DNA of 64,000 nt from Mustelus asterias (Eukaryota): positions 14,322,001 through 14,386,000 of the forward strand of contig NC_135822.1 in the NCBI RefSeq assembly GCF_964213995.1, written 5' to 3'. The position numbers were made by a program, and so were the translations under genes. This document shows positions 52,576-64,000 of the stretch, piece after piece. The notes beneath the pieces are model-generated. The model did not search any database, was not told the origin of the DNA, and saw nothing but the letters and a program-made list of their open reading frames with translations. The number at the start of each line of letters is the position of its first letter. The stretch's first letter is position 1.

Positions 52576-54019
52576 TCTGCCAAAGTTAGCAGTACCAAAA
52601 TCACCCAACTTAACAGCTATAATGTTACATCATCTCTGCCTCCTGGACAAGGACTGATTTGTATTTTTAAAAACTTTTATTTGGACTTCTAACTTCTCAT
52701 TTCTGACGTGAGAGTGTGTGTTGCGTCTTTATTATTTTTCTTTGGGTTTTAGTAACCAATAAACTCTCACTTTCTTTGACTCAAAGCCTAGTTAAATTAG
52801 CTCCTTTATTAAAAAGTAAATACTTTTGGATTGGGTAAAGTATCCATGGGGAAAGGATTTTAAACAAACCTTTGTTGTGACCAACTGAGGAGGTTGGAAA
52901 AAGGGGGAGCCAGCTTATTCCTTCTCACCCAGTCAAACAAAATTGGGATTCTCAGCCGCGATTGTAACACAATGCTCAGAAGATATAGTGGGAAGAATCC
53001 ACATCAGTGCATGTTGAAATTGGGCAACTGGATGGAGTGGATTTAATGGAATATAGTTTGCTTGACTACCACTAGTCACCATATATTTTTGCTATGGGTG
53101 GATTGAGCTCAACGATTGGTAGCACAGGCCAGCAGTGTTTTTGTTTTGATTGGTGGACTACACATCCAGAATGTTCAGGATCAGACACATCAATATTTAC
53201 TGCATCTGAATATGTGTCCATACACAAATCTGTAATGCAAACAATGCAAATTAAGCCTATCGTCATAACATTCATATATTTCAGAAGTAACTCATTATGT
53301 TAAAAGACATTTTAATGTACAAGTATTATTAGTCAGAATACAACAGAATCGTTTCCATGGTATAAAGATGTCAATAGGTGTTAAGAATCAAGAACAGTTA
53401 ACCTCTGAGACCATCTTGCCAACAAAGCCCAAAGTATTCTGTACTGATCACTTTGTGCACTCATTTTTGTTGCAGTGATTGTCTAAGAGAGGCTTCAGGG
53501 TCCTACCTCCTGAGAGTGACAATTTGAGACCTTTTTGAGAAGTATTGAAAGTATTAATTGTGCATTCAGCAGTGGCCCTCAATGCAAGTTGTAAATGGAG
53601 AAGGAATGTGAGGCTTATAGTCTGAGAACTAGCTCCAGGACTTTGTATTACATAGCCACATCTGTGTGTTAATCCATTTTGCTATGCAGTGTAGAGAGGC
53701 TGAGTTAACAGCCAGCTGGCCTCCAGGGTAGGATGAGATTATTGTACAGTGTAATGCAGAAGGTGAGTACACTTACGAAGCCTGTACTTCTCTCAGCAGC
53801 TTATTCAACTAAAAGTACATTATTACAGAGGTGGCCATTCCATCTTTTTGCAGTCAGCACCTAACCTCAACAGAATTTCAGCCAAGGATTAGCATGTATT
53901 AGGAATCCTGTCTAGCTCTATATAGGACATGTGCTGCCACATCAGACCAGATGTAGAGTTTATTATAGGCAGGGAATTATAAGCAACATGGCTTGGCCAA
54001 AGATGCGTTAAACAAAAGT

Positions 54020-54168
54020 ACAGGTCAATGACCTTTCATCAGAATGAGAAATGTTAGAAAAGAGAATTGATTTGAGACATTAACTCTGTTTCTCTCTCCA
54101 TTTATGCCGTCAGACCTGCCAAGTACTTCCAGCGTTTTCAGATTTCCAGCATCTGGTAGTTGCCTTTG
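54020..54168. mobile_element. Decayed family A pseudo-LTR pieces in opposite orientations
   Basis: CAGGTCAATGACCTTTCATCAGAA (minus-strand hammerhead half) then CATTAACTCTGTTTCTCTCTCC...CAGACCTGC (plus). Confidence 0.6.
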
Positions 54169-54822
54169 AATAAAATAAGCTGTTGAGTTTGTGAAAGATT
54201 CTTGAGATGTGCTTCATTACCTTTAGATGATGGGAACAAATTTTGTAAAACACGCAATTTTTTTGCACAATAAAAGGCCAATAAACCTGTTCCTTCTTGA
54301 GACAGATTCTACCTACCCACATTCCTGCCTTATCACCTAATCGCTTCTTTTTTCAGGAACACAATTATGCCCTGTATAATTATGTTAAAGAATTAGTCTT
54401 AGACGCATTTATACTGTCTCCTTTAGCAGCCTTTCCTAATGTTACCTAGCTGTATTACCCACTAGGGTAAAGGTCCCTCCCAACTTTCATTCTTACTCTC
54501 ATATTTCAAATGTGTCCCCGGTATCTAAGCTATTTCCATACTGAACAAATTGACTGGGTAAGCTTTGTTACCTCCCTTAATTTTTAAAAAACTATTCAAA
54601 TATTTTGCCCAGTTTTTAAGTGGGTGAAACCTATGAAAGGGCAAATGATGCAAGGAAGGAACAGGCTTTGTGGACAAAGGAGCCTTTTCCCATATGTTGC
54701 ATGTGTGTTATTACACCAAAGGTCATAACAATATATGTTACTGAATATTAATATCTACACTATAGGAAAGAGCTCCATAGCCTACTTGTGTATTATTATA
54801 GGAAGATATGTTGCACTGAGAC

Positions 54823-55495
54823 TATGGGGGGATTTTCTGCTCCGCTTTGGAGGATGGGAATGGTGGAGGGAGGTAGAGAATCATGTGGAAGTCTCAAAAT
54901 AACATTTATGTCGGCAGGATTTCCCCACCCGATTGCCCCGCCTCTCTGGCAATGGTCTAACAGGGTTCCCACCATGCAATAATGGGAACCCTATTGTAAT
55001 ACACTTAACTGTGATTAGCGGGCATACCTGCTGTAGCATGCCTCCCCCCTACCCCAGGTGGGGTGATGTCATGTCAACATGGTCCATGACAGGTTTTGAA
55101 AAATGGGGAGCTGGTGAACAGAACCCGCCCCCCCCCCCCCCACCTTGACATTGCCTGGGTACTGCTCCAGGCACTGCACCCTGTTACTGCCTGGCACAGG
55201 GTTCTGTGGCCTTCTGTTGAGGAGGGTTGGTGGTGGTGGGAGGGGAAGCGGGTTCCATATTTGCAGGGTGGCTCCTTTTTTTAAAAAAAATGTGCCCAAT
55301 TTGTCAGCCTAGGTTGCTGGCAGGGCGAGTTCACGCAAAATCCACCAGGTCAACGTGACATCCTTGGACCCACCTCTTTTTTTTTCCCGAAGTGTTTAAA
55401 AATTCTGCGGGAAAAGCTGGCAGTGCAGCCAACACGCCACACGTTTATCCCGCCTGAGATGATCCTTTAAAACAAATTCAGAAAATTCCAACCTA
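54823..55495. mobile_element. Putative MITE / non-autonomous DNA transposon
   Basis: Imperfect terminal inverted repeats GGGGGATTTTCTG ... CAGAAAATTCCAACC, GC-rich interior, no coding similarity. Confidence 0.5.
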
Positions 55496-55999
55496 TATTT
55501 GGTTCTGTATTAAGATAGGGCCATACAAAACTGTGTGACACAGTAACTGCAATGGGGAGAAGTGTTCATTTTGGCATTAGATGATAGCGTAAACCAGGAA
55601 ATATTGATTCAACCACCCACTATACATCTCTCTCTCAATTTTTTTTCACTTAAGTAAATTGCCTCCAAAATGTTATAGTTTTTCAAATTCCAGTGCAAGC
55701 TGTCTTCTTAACCTGCTTTTCCCTGCCCCTTCCAACCTCACCACCAACAAATGCAAGGAACTCATGGACTTCTTTGCATATAACCTTGAGGCTATCCACT
55801 TAGCTGCCTTCCATTAGCTCACCAAGTCAAACTTTCTGCAAAACGTTCAAATGTCCTGAACAATCTTTCCCTAGTTTTCTCCTATCTGCCTTTTATATCT
55901 CCTTATGCAGTCCACTGTCAAACTTTGTTTGATAAATTTCCTGTGAAGTATATTGGGACATCTTATTGAGTGTTGTACAAGAGAACTCATGCCAGACAG

Positions 56000-56244
56000 T
56001 GTTATAGTGTGATCTTTATAGTATGAGGACCGAGCACATATAGGGTGAATGTGGGATTGAGTACATTACCAGCCACACAGAGAGCACATGACCTGCACTC
56101 AGGGTCAGTTGCGTGTTGGACAGAGCCATGTGTACCAGCAAGCATGGAGATAGCTCCTGGCTTGTACCATTTACTGTATATTTGTAAATAGTTTGAAGAG
56201 ACAATAAAGACTTCTTTAGACCTATCAAACAGTAACCTAAAACA
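56000..56244 (+). mobile_element. 5' LTR of a Gypsy element
   Basis: TGTT...AACA termini, AATAAA, PBS-like TGATGACAGC after it; similar to 61475-61700. Confidence 0.75.
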
Positions 56245-57610
56245 TGATGACAGCTTGTGGAAAAACCCAGAGACAAACTGAAATGCTGGAAGATTGAGGA
56301 AAAAATTAACAAAGCATTCTGACCTGAAAAGCAGCATCAGAAGCAGAGGTACAGAGGGAAAATTGTCAGGACAAAGCTCCCAAGAAAGGTTTGGAAGCTG
56401 AAGGCAAAAAGTTACAACTTCTTTCTGCAACAGAATACCCCATTGAATCTCATTTGGGAGTCCAGCTTCACATCCCAGAGTACATAGTCAGCAAACCTAG
56501 CAGGGGTGAGCTAAATCTTTTAAAATTCCAGTCTACAGCAAGACATCTTTAAAAATTTCAGAGTCAAAAGTGCAAAGTTCTTGCTAAAAATCCTGAGTTG
56601 GTACCCTAAACCCATGGTGTCTGAGCTTGCTCCATAATATTTATTAATAATTAATTGTATACTCTGGGAGAATCACAACTTTATAAACCCAGATAGAGGT
56701 AAGCAAAAGCCAGTATTCTGCAAATTTCTGACTTTAAACATACAAGCTAGAAAAAAAAATGCTGCAGGCAGTGATCGTTGAGAATTTTTTTTAGTTGAGT
56801 GTGACTACCATTGTAGCGGAGCCCACCAAAACCAGCAAGCGTGGGTAATCTTTTCATCTCAATGTACAGCAACACCATCTTGATATTCAGAAAGCACTTT
56901 AAGCAGAACCTACACTTTTAAAAATTTATAATGGGTTAGAATACCACACGTCCAAATCAATTCAGACAAATCCAAGTCCCAGATTAATCACATAATTGGA
57001 GAATTTGGAAGAAAACATTTCTAGGTACAGCATCATTTCGGGTTTAGACAAAGTCAGAAGCAAAGCAGGTTGACACATTGCTTTACTCAGTAAACCTGAT
57101 TTGGAGGCAACATTATTACAAGACCATGAATCCAAGAATCATCTGCTACATTTGAAGTAGTACTACAATATTTCAGCCTGAGAAGCAATAAAATACTTGA
57201 GAGCTAAATTTAACAAGCAAATCCAGCAACCAGGAGAACCTGTCAACACATTTATTGATAATCTATACAGGATGGCAGAAGGTTATGAAATCAGAAACTT
57301 AATTTGAACTCAGGGGAAACATAATGGTAATAGGAATACTAATAATAGCAATAGGAATAGCGGACGATGCACTCTGATCTCTTGCAAGCAAAGGAAGATC
57401 TAACCCTGGAAAAGGCAATCCAGATAGTTAGGCAACCAGAAATCCATGAGCAGCATAGAACCATTTAAGGCGAAAATAAACTTGTGGTGCAGATGTCAAC
57501 CCACAGTTCAAATTAAGCAACAGGGACTTGCCAAGAGAAGCAATAACCAAGCTGGATAGCAGAGTGACCATGTCAATGCAGTGGAGTAAAGTACCCCTAC
57601 AGCAAGATCA
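56245..57610 (+). mobile_element. Gypsy gag remnant
   Basis: RAKFNKQIQQPGEPVNTFIDNLYRMAEGYE, IGIADDAL, LQAKEDLTLEKAIQIVRQ, decayed Zn knuckle. Confidence 0.8.
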
Positions 57611-57613
57611 ATG

Positions 57614-59068
57614 TGAAGGAGGTGCAAATGAAATGTTGCTCCACCTGAAAAGAATGTTTGGGGCTTTGTACAATGAGGAAGGAGGAGGCAAAGGGCAGAT
57701 GTTGCAAGTTCTGTGATTGCATAAGAAGCCCACCAACGCCTCTACTTTCTCAGAAGACTAAGGAAATTAGTAGCATGTCTGCTACGACTCTCACCAACTT
57801 TTACAGATGCACCATGGAAAGCATCCTTTCTGGTTGTATCACAGCTTAATGTAGCTCCTGCTTTACCCAAGACCACAAACTACAAAAGGTCATGAATGTA
57901 GCCCAATCCATCACGCAAACTGGCTTCCCATCCATTGACTCTGTCTACACTTTCCGCTGCCTCCGCAAAGCAGCCAGCATAATTAAGGACCCCACACACC
58001 CTGGACATTCTCTCTTCCACCTTCTTCCGTCAGGAAAAAGATAGAAAAGTTTGAGGTCACGTACCAACCGACTCAAAAACAGTTTCTTCCCTGCTGCCAT
58101 TAGACTTTTGAATAGACTACCCTCGCACTAAGTTGACCTTTCTCTACACCCTAGCTATGACTGTAACTCTACATTCTGCACCTTCTCCTTTTCTTCTTGA
58201 ACGGCATGCTTTGTCTGTACAGCACACAAAAAACAATACTTTTCACTGTATATTAGTAGATGTGACAATAAATCAAATCAAAGGTTGAGGGCAATGGAGG
58301 AGTGTACCAGGGAGCCACAGAGGAAATGGCCCCTATGGAATGTTGACAGGGGAAAATGTTTCATAGTGGCATCATGCTGGAGATGGCAGAGGATGATCAA
58401 CTGAATGCGGAGGTTAGAGGGTGAAAGGTGAAGACAAAACGGCCCTTATTATGGTTCTGGGGTGTGACGGTAAGGGTGCAGGGGATGGGACGGACACAGA
58501 GTTTCCTGTCAACCACTGAAGGGGAAATGTTGGTTGAGGAAAAAAGACAGACGTGTCAGAAGACTAATTTCAAAAGTGGCATCGTTGGAACAGATACAAC
58601 AGAGGTAGAGAACGTGGGAGAATGGGATGGAGTCCTTACAGGAAGTGGGTGTAAAGAGCTGTGGTCAACGTAGCTTTGGGAATGGTGGGTTTGTAGTGAA
58701 TATTGGCATCAGTCTGTCACCAGAAATGGAGATGGAAAGGTCAAGGAAGGAAAGGGAAGTGTTAGAGACAGACCATGTGGAGATGAGAGAGGGGTAGAAA
58801 TTGGCAGCAAAATTGATAACTTTTTCCAGGTCCAGATGAGAGCATGAAGCAGTACCATACAGCATCGGTGTAACGGAAAAGGAGTTGTGGAAGAGAGCCC
58901 GAGTAGGACTGAATCAAGGAATATTCTAGATGCCCCACAAAGGCATGCATAACTAGGTCCATGCAATTATCCATAGCCACCAAGTTGAAGGAGAAATTGC
59001 TGACTGAGAACAAGTTCAGCTAGGTGAAGGAGAGTAGTGATGGATGGGGGTTGTTCGGGCCTCTGTTC
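57614..59068 (-). mobile_element. Penelope-like (family A) RT, inverted 5' segment
   Basis: NFSFN.VAM..CM, GPSYACL, PQLLFRYTDA, LSFLDLSISISGDRL. Confidence 0.85.
57728..58282 (+). mobile_element. Rex1/Babar-type LINE 3' fragment inserted in the PLE
   Basis: AHQRLYFLRRLRK, TLTNFYRCTMESILSGCITA, RTNRLKNSFFPAAIRLLN; AATAAATCAAATCAAA tail. Confidence 0.85.
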
Positions 59069-59080
59069 AAGGAAGAAGTA

Positions 59081-59139
59081 AGAAGTTTAACAACACCAGG
59101 TTAAAGTCCAACAGGTTTATTTGGTAGCAAAAGCCGCAA
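59081..59139 (-). mobile_element. Family B Penelope pseudo-LTR mini-insertion
   Basis: Matches 14409-14463; 12-bp TSD AAGGAAGAAGTA at 59069-59080 and 59140-59151. Confidence 0.85.
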
Positions 59140-59151
59140 AAGGAAGAAGTA

Positions 59152-59825
59152 GCAGGTGAAGCAGCATTTTACTTGCACCTCCTTCAATTTGGTCTATTCG
59201 CTGCTCCCAATGCGGTCACCTCTACATTGGGGAGACCAAACACAAACTGGGCGGCCGCTTTGCGGAACACCTTTACTAAGTCCCTAAGCATGACCCTATC
59301 CTTCCTGTTGCCTGCAGTTTCAACTCGCCATCTTACTTTCATGCCCAAATGTTCATCCTTGGCCTGCTGCAATGCTCCAGTGAAGCTCAAGGCAAACTGG
59401 TGGAACAACACCTCATCTTCCAATTAGGCACTTCTGGATACAACATGAGTTCAACAGCTTTATACTGTGCACTTTCTCCTCCATCTTGATCGTTTTTTAT
59501 TTCTTGTTTACTTTGTTTGTCCCACCCCATTCACCAACTGGGTCATCTGTCACTTGGTCTTCAATTTGGCTTCAGCACCTTCTTTATTCCTTAATTCTAC
59601 CATTAACACTTCCTTTGTCTTGTGTTCGTGACATCTTTGTCAATTTCTCCTCATCTCCGACCTATCCCTGATCTATTCTGCCCACCTCTCGCCCACCCCC
59701 TTAATATATAATCCATCATATTTCTACCCCTCTTCAGCTCTGAAGAAGAGTCATATGCACTCAATGTTAACTCTCTCCACAGATGTTGTCAGACCTGCTG
59801 AGCTTATCTAGCATTTTCTGTTGTT
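59152..59825 (+). mobile_element. Penelope-like (family A) GIY-YIG endonuclease remnant, 3' UTR and pseudo-LTR
   Basis: FTCTSFNLVY, RCSQCGHLYIGETKHKLGGRFAEHL, EQHLIFQLG; decayed hammerhead AGCTCTGAAGAAGAGTCATATGCACTC..TGTTAAC near 59736-59771. Confidence 0.88.
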
Positions 59826-61010
59826 ATACACAGCCATGCTTTTTGGGAGAGGTCAACGATTTTGGTTTCTCATTGTGTTATGCAGTTCTTTCAGTCAATG
59901 GCCATTTAGTAAATTTTAAATTAAACGCTGGAGCCAGCGTAACAGTCCAGCTGGACAAAGAACCATGGCTCAAATACCTCTGGATTTGAACAATAGACAC
60001 AGCACTTATGGGTCTGAAACAATTCAACTTCCTGTCAGACATGATTCCAGAATCACTAAGGTATGGTGGCAAACAAATCTTCAAGCTGATGTACATCATT
60101 CATAACGAATCTTTCTCTCTCTTGAATAAAGATATCTGTGTAGTCCTAGATTTCTTTAAAATGGCAGGAGATGTCAAGACAACCATAGTTATTGATCATG
60201 CAGAATTGCAAGTTCCCAAGTATTCAAGCAAAAAAAAAGAATTGTATCCTGACTGGGACTTCATCTCTGAACTGTCTTATCTCTTTGCGGAGCAGGTTTG
60301 TCCATTCTTGTTACAGGTGCTGGAAAGCAGATAGTGGTTAAACATGCTAACCACCCAGATGGTAACCCTAATGGAGGAACTAAAAAAGAACGACCAGCTG
60401 TCCAATGATACTTGATCTCTGGTTCCAACAACGGTACAGCAGGTCAACACTGCAACCATTGAACATCCAATGCAACTCCCAGGCAGCGTGCCAAAGACTC
60501 AGAATATACTGGAACCTGATAGCAGCCATCCATTGCCAACAGCAAAATGCAGAGGTGAACATGCTAGTATACCTCATTCTAGTCACAGGAGTACTTGTCC
60601 TCCACCACAGCAGACATCGCCATAACCATACGATGACGGAAGAAGCAAAATAAATCAGAGTCGAATACAATGTTTGTCCACCCCACAAGAAACAAGTTAG
60701 GGTCGCAAACATCACCCAGCACAACAGCTGAACTGACCAAGTGCGGTTCAACATGAAGGAATGAAAGAAAAGGATGAAAACATACCCAGTTGCCAGAAAA
60801 ACTCTAAATCTACAGAAAGAACCAGCAGCAACAGAGCTTACCACCCATCTGACTATATGAAAGGGTTGTAAGGCCTCCAGACTGCCTGATCCTTTGAATT
60901 GAAGAACTTGAAGTGGGGTGAAGGGGTAGTGATAATGTAGGGATGGCAATGTGAATAAATCATCGTCATGACAATGTAAGACACAAGGTAATCTATAACC
61001 GCTTAAAATA
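59826..61010 (+). mobile_element. Gypsy protease and integrase C-terminal remnants (RT/RNase H not detected)
   Basis: VNGHLVNFKLNAGASVTV (degenerate DTG site); terminal RVVRPPDCLIL* near 60860-60897. Confidence 0.7.
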
Positions 61011-61011
61011 C

Positions 61012-61445
61012 CATGAGATCATAAGATATAGGAGCAGAATTAGGCCATTTGGCCCATCAGATCTTCTCCGTCATGCAATCATACCTGATAAGTTTCTCAA
61101 CTCCATTCTTCCACCTTTCCCTGTAACCTTTGATCCCCTTACCAATCTAACATATCTATCTCTGTCTTAAATATACACAATGACCTGGCATCCACAGCCT
61201 TCTGTGGCAATGAATTCCATAGATTCACCACCCTCTGGCGGAATAAATTCCTCCTCATTTCGGTTCTAAAGGGTCGTCCCTTTATTTTGAGGCTGTGCCT
61301 AGTTTCGCCTACTAATGGAAAGATTTTTCCCATGTCCACTCTATCCAGGCCTTTCAGCATTCTGTAAGTTTCAATGAGATGCCCCCCCCCCCTCATCCTT
61401 CTCAACTCCATAGAGTACAGATGCAGAAACCTCAAACTCTCCTAA
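61012..61445 (-). mobile_element. CR1 LINE 3' fragment
   Basis: LIETYRMLKGLDRV..HSLKIKGRPFRTEMRRN..QRVVNLWNSLP and a CR1 tail. Confidence 0.9.
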
Positions 61446-61474
61446 TACGTCATTTGATAAGACTTCTGGGGACA

Positions 61475-61700
61475 TGTTGTATAAAGTTCTAGCATAGAGA
61501 GGGTTAATGTGGGACTGAGTAAATTACAGTCCACACTATGATCGCACAACCCATTTCCAGGGTCAGTTGAGCGTTGGACAGAGCTGTGTGACCCAGCAAG
61601 CATGGAGGCAACTCCTAGTTTGTACCTTTGATGTTTATTTGTAAATAATTCTATATATGACTACAAACACTTATTCAGACCTACAGAACTGCAATCTACA
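61475..61700 (+). mobile_element. 3' LTR related to 56000-56244
   Basis: Shared blocks AATGTGGGA.TGAGTA, CAGGGTCAGTTG..GTTGGACAGAGC, CCAGCAAGCATGGAG, TATTTGTAAATA; TG...CA. Confidence 0.72.
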
Positions 61701-62929
61701 CCCTGTAACAGTGATAATCACCGATGGGTTCTAGATGGTTTATGATACTTGTCCCCATTTAAAGGGTGGACATCCTCCTTTATACCGTCTCTTCAAAGGT
61801 ACCTCTAGCCATGCATTTTGCAGCGGTTGGGAGGATGTGCAGATAATTTGCCTTTCGCTGCCAATTCCACATATGATCAATCACTGGCAACATGCAAAAG
61901 GGGAAGGTGAAGATTCCCCATTTAATTGTTCCATTTGCTTGTTCCCATGATGCCAAAGGTGTTTGTGGCTAAATCACCAAGCATACCCATGCCCATTCCA
62001 TAGTAGAGATGTCTGTCCTCTTTTTTTAAAAAAAAATTCTTATTCCTGCCCCTTTCCCTCATACAGCAGTGCTGTTGAGATCATCACGCCATTGTTTCTA
62101 AATAAGTTTGTTATTGATAAGGTAGTCATAAACATTGGGCTACATGATTTAGTTGGTAATTACTCAAAGAGCAAATATGAGGATTGAACAGAGATTGTAC
62201 TTTGATCTTTATGGCATATTCTTGAGTTACACTTTTCTCTGCAGGAGATATTCTAGTCTTGTATCCCAACTTTACTCAGTGAGAAAGAGGAAATACAAGA
62301 AACAATTACAGTAGCTTTCATTTATGTAACAGGATGGTAGGAGGAGTACGTTCATGGTCGGGGACAGGGGAAGCCCAAGGCAGGAGAGGCCCAAATTTTC
62401 CTGTGGAGCTAGGAGGAGAAGTTCTGATCCTGTTGGCCCACAAGGATATTTTTTTTCCTTCTCAGCCCTCTTCTGGGTCTGGTACATGTCCTGCTCTTTG
62501 TTGGTGCCAAGGATGGCACCTGGTATCAAACACACAATTGTGCTTTAAAATTTGAATGGATTCCAAGTTACACAATCAGATCCTTACCTTTATATTTCCA
62601 TGAGGACCTCTGCATGCATTGACAAACTCTGTTACCTGCCTTATCTCTCGGACAGTATTAGCTACACAAAATAAATCAGCTCTTATTGCAGACCTTTGGC
62701 CTCATAATTTAGTGCCAGTACGTCAACAAATACAGAAGAAAAAGAGAGAATGCAAAATTCTTAAAAGGTAATGAGGCACACGATATTTCTGTATCCAGTT
62801 GGAAATCTCATCGACTCCTTTGGATCCCCCTCTGGAGCCTGCATTATGAGCTTGCACTATAATACTTGTGTGTCAACAGTATAAGCAGCAAAAATAGAGC
62901 TAAGTAATTCCACAACCAGCTGATCAGAT

Positions 62930-64000
62930 CTAAGCTGTGCAGTCCTGCTACATCCAGCCATGAATGTGGTAGAGAATTAGAACGTCGCTTTGGAGAGGGG
63001 ATTCCACAAATATTCCTAACCTCCAGGATGGAAGAGTCCAGCACATCAGTGCAAATATACGACATTCGCAATAATCTTTAGCCACAAGTGCTGAATGGTT
63101 GATCCATCTCGGCCTCCTTTGGAGGTTCCCGGCATCACAAATGTCAGTCTTCAGCCAATTTGATTCACTCCACATGATACCAAGAAACTGCTGAAAGCAC
63201 TGGATACTGTGCAGACTATGGAGCCTGGCAATATTCTGGCAATAGTCCTGAAGTCATGTGCTCCAGAACTTGCTGTGTCCCTGGTCAGGCTGTTCCAGTA
63301 CAGCTACAACAATGGCATCTACCTGGCAATGTAGAAAATTGCCCAGATATGTCCTGTACATAAGAAATTGGACAATTACTGCCCCATCAGTCTACACTTG
63401 ATCATCAGTACCGTGATGGAAGGGATCATCAATGGAGCTATCCACCGGCACTTGTTTAGCAACAACATGCTCACTAATGTTCCAGTTTGGGTTCTGCCAG
63501 AGTCACTCAGCTCCTGACCTCATTACAACCTTGGTTCAAACGTGGGCAAAAGAGCTGAACTCCAGAGTTGAAGTGAGAGTGACTGCCCTTGATATCAAGG
63601 CAGCATTTGACCAAATATGACATCAAGTAGCCCTAACAAAACAGGAGTCAGTAGGAATTGGAGAAAACCCTTCACTGGTTGGAGTCATACCTGGTACAAA
63701 GGTCGATGGTTGTGGTGGTTGGAGGTCAAACATCCCAGTTTCAGGACTTCACTGCAGGTGTTTCTCAGGATAGTGTCCTAAGCCCAACCATTTTCAGCTG
63801 CTTCATCAATGACCTTTCCGTCATAAGGTCAGAAGTGGGGATATGTGCTGATAAATGTTCACCATTTACTCGGATACTGAAGCATGTCTAAATGCAGCAA
63901 GACCTGAACAACATCCAGGTTTGGGTTCATAAGTGGCAAGTAACTTTCACACCACAGACGTGCTGGGCAATGACCATCCCCAACAAGAGAGGATCTAACT
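62930..64000 (+). mobile_element. CR1/L2-group LINE RT region, runs off the window
   Basis: CAPELAVSLVRLFQYSYNNGIY, NYCPISL, QFGFCQSHSAPDL, VTALDIKAAFD, GVSQDSVLSP. Confidence 0.88.

Larger units (their letters stand above)
51769..52969 (+). mobile_element. Solo LTR (gap-truncated duplicate at 40474-40815)
   Basis: TG...CA termini, AATAAA near 52758, 4-bp TSD CAAT at 51765-51768 and 52970-52973. Confidence 0.65.

Noticed and set aside
60380-60949. 189-aa hydrophobic minus-strand ORF
   Set aside because: Antisense to a Gypsy integrase remnant

Overview
This is eukaryotic, non-genic DNA, almost certainly from a cartilaginous fish (shark), judged from HE1/V-SINEs, shark-type CR1 LINEs and Deu-domain/LF-SINE-like repeats. 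I recognise no host protein-coding exon. The ORFs I can assign are decayed transposon fragments, and the rest look like chance frames. The window holds nested retroelements: CR1, L2, Rex1/Babar, Tx1, Gypsy and copia-like LTR relics, and two Penelope-like (PLE) families whose pseudo-LTRs carry minimal hammerhead ribozyme motifs. Many insertions have readable target-site duplications (TSDs), so insertion order can be reconstructed. Positions 29721-40815 and 41016-52110 are an essentially identical 11,095-bp pair around a 200-N gap, most likely an assembly false duplication. The most interesting biology is a young 677-bp PLE palindrome with opposed hammerheads, dispersed ribozyme-bearing mini-insertions, and two twin-priming-type inversions. 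I found no convincing new protein-coding system. Family names come from recalled motifs, not database searches, and boundaries without TSDs are approximate.
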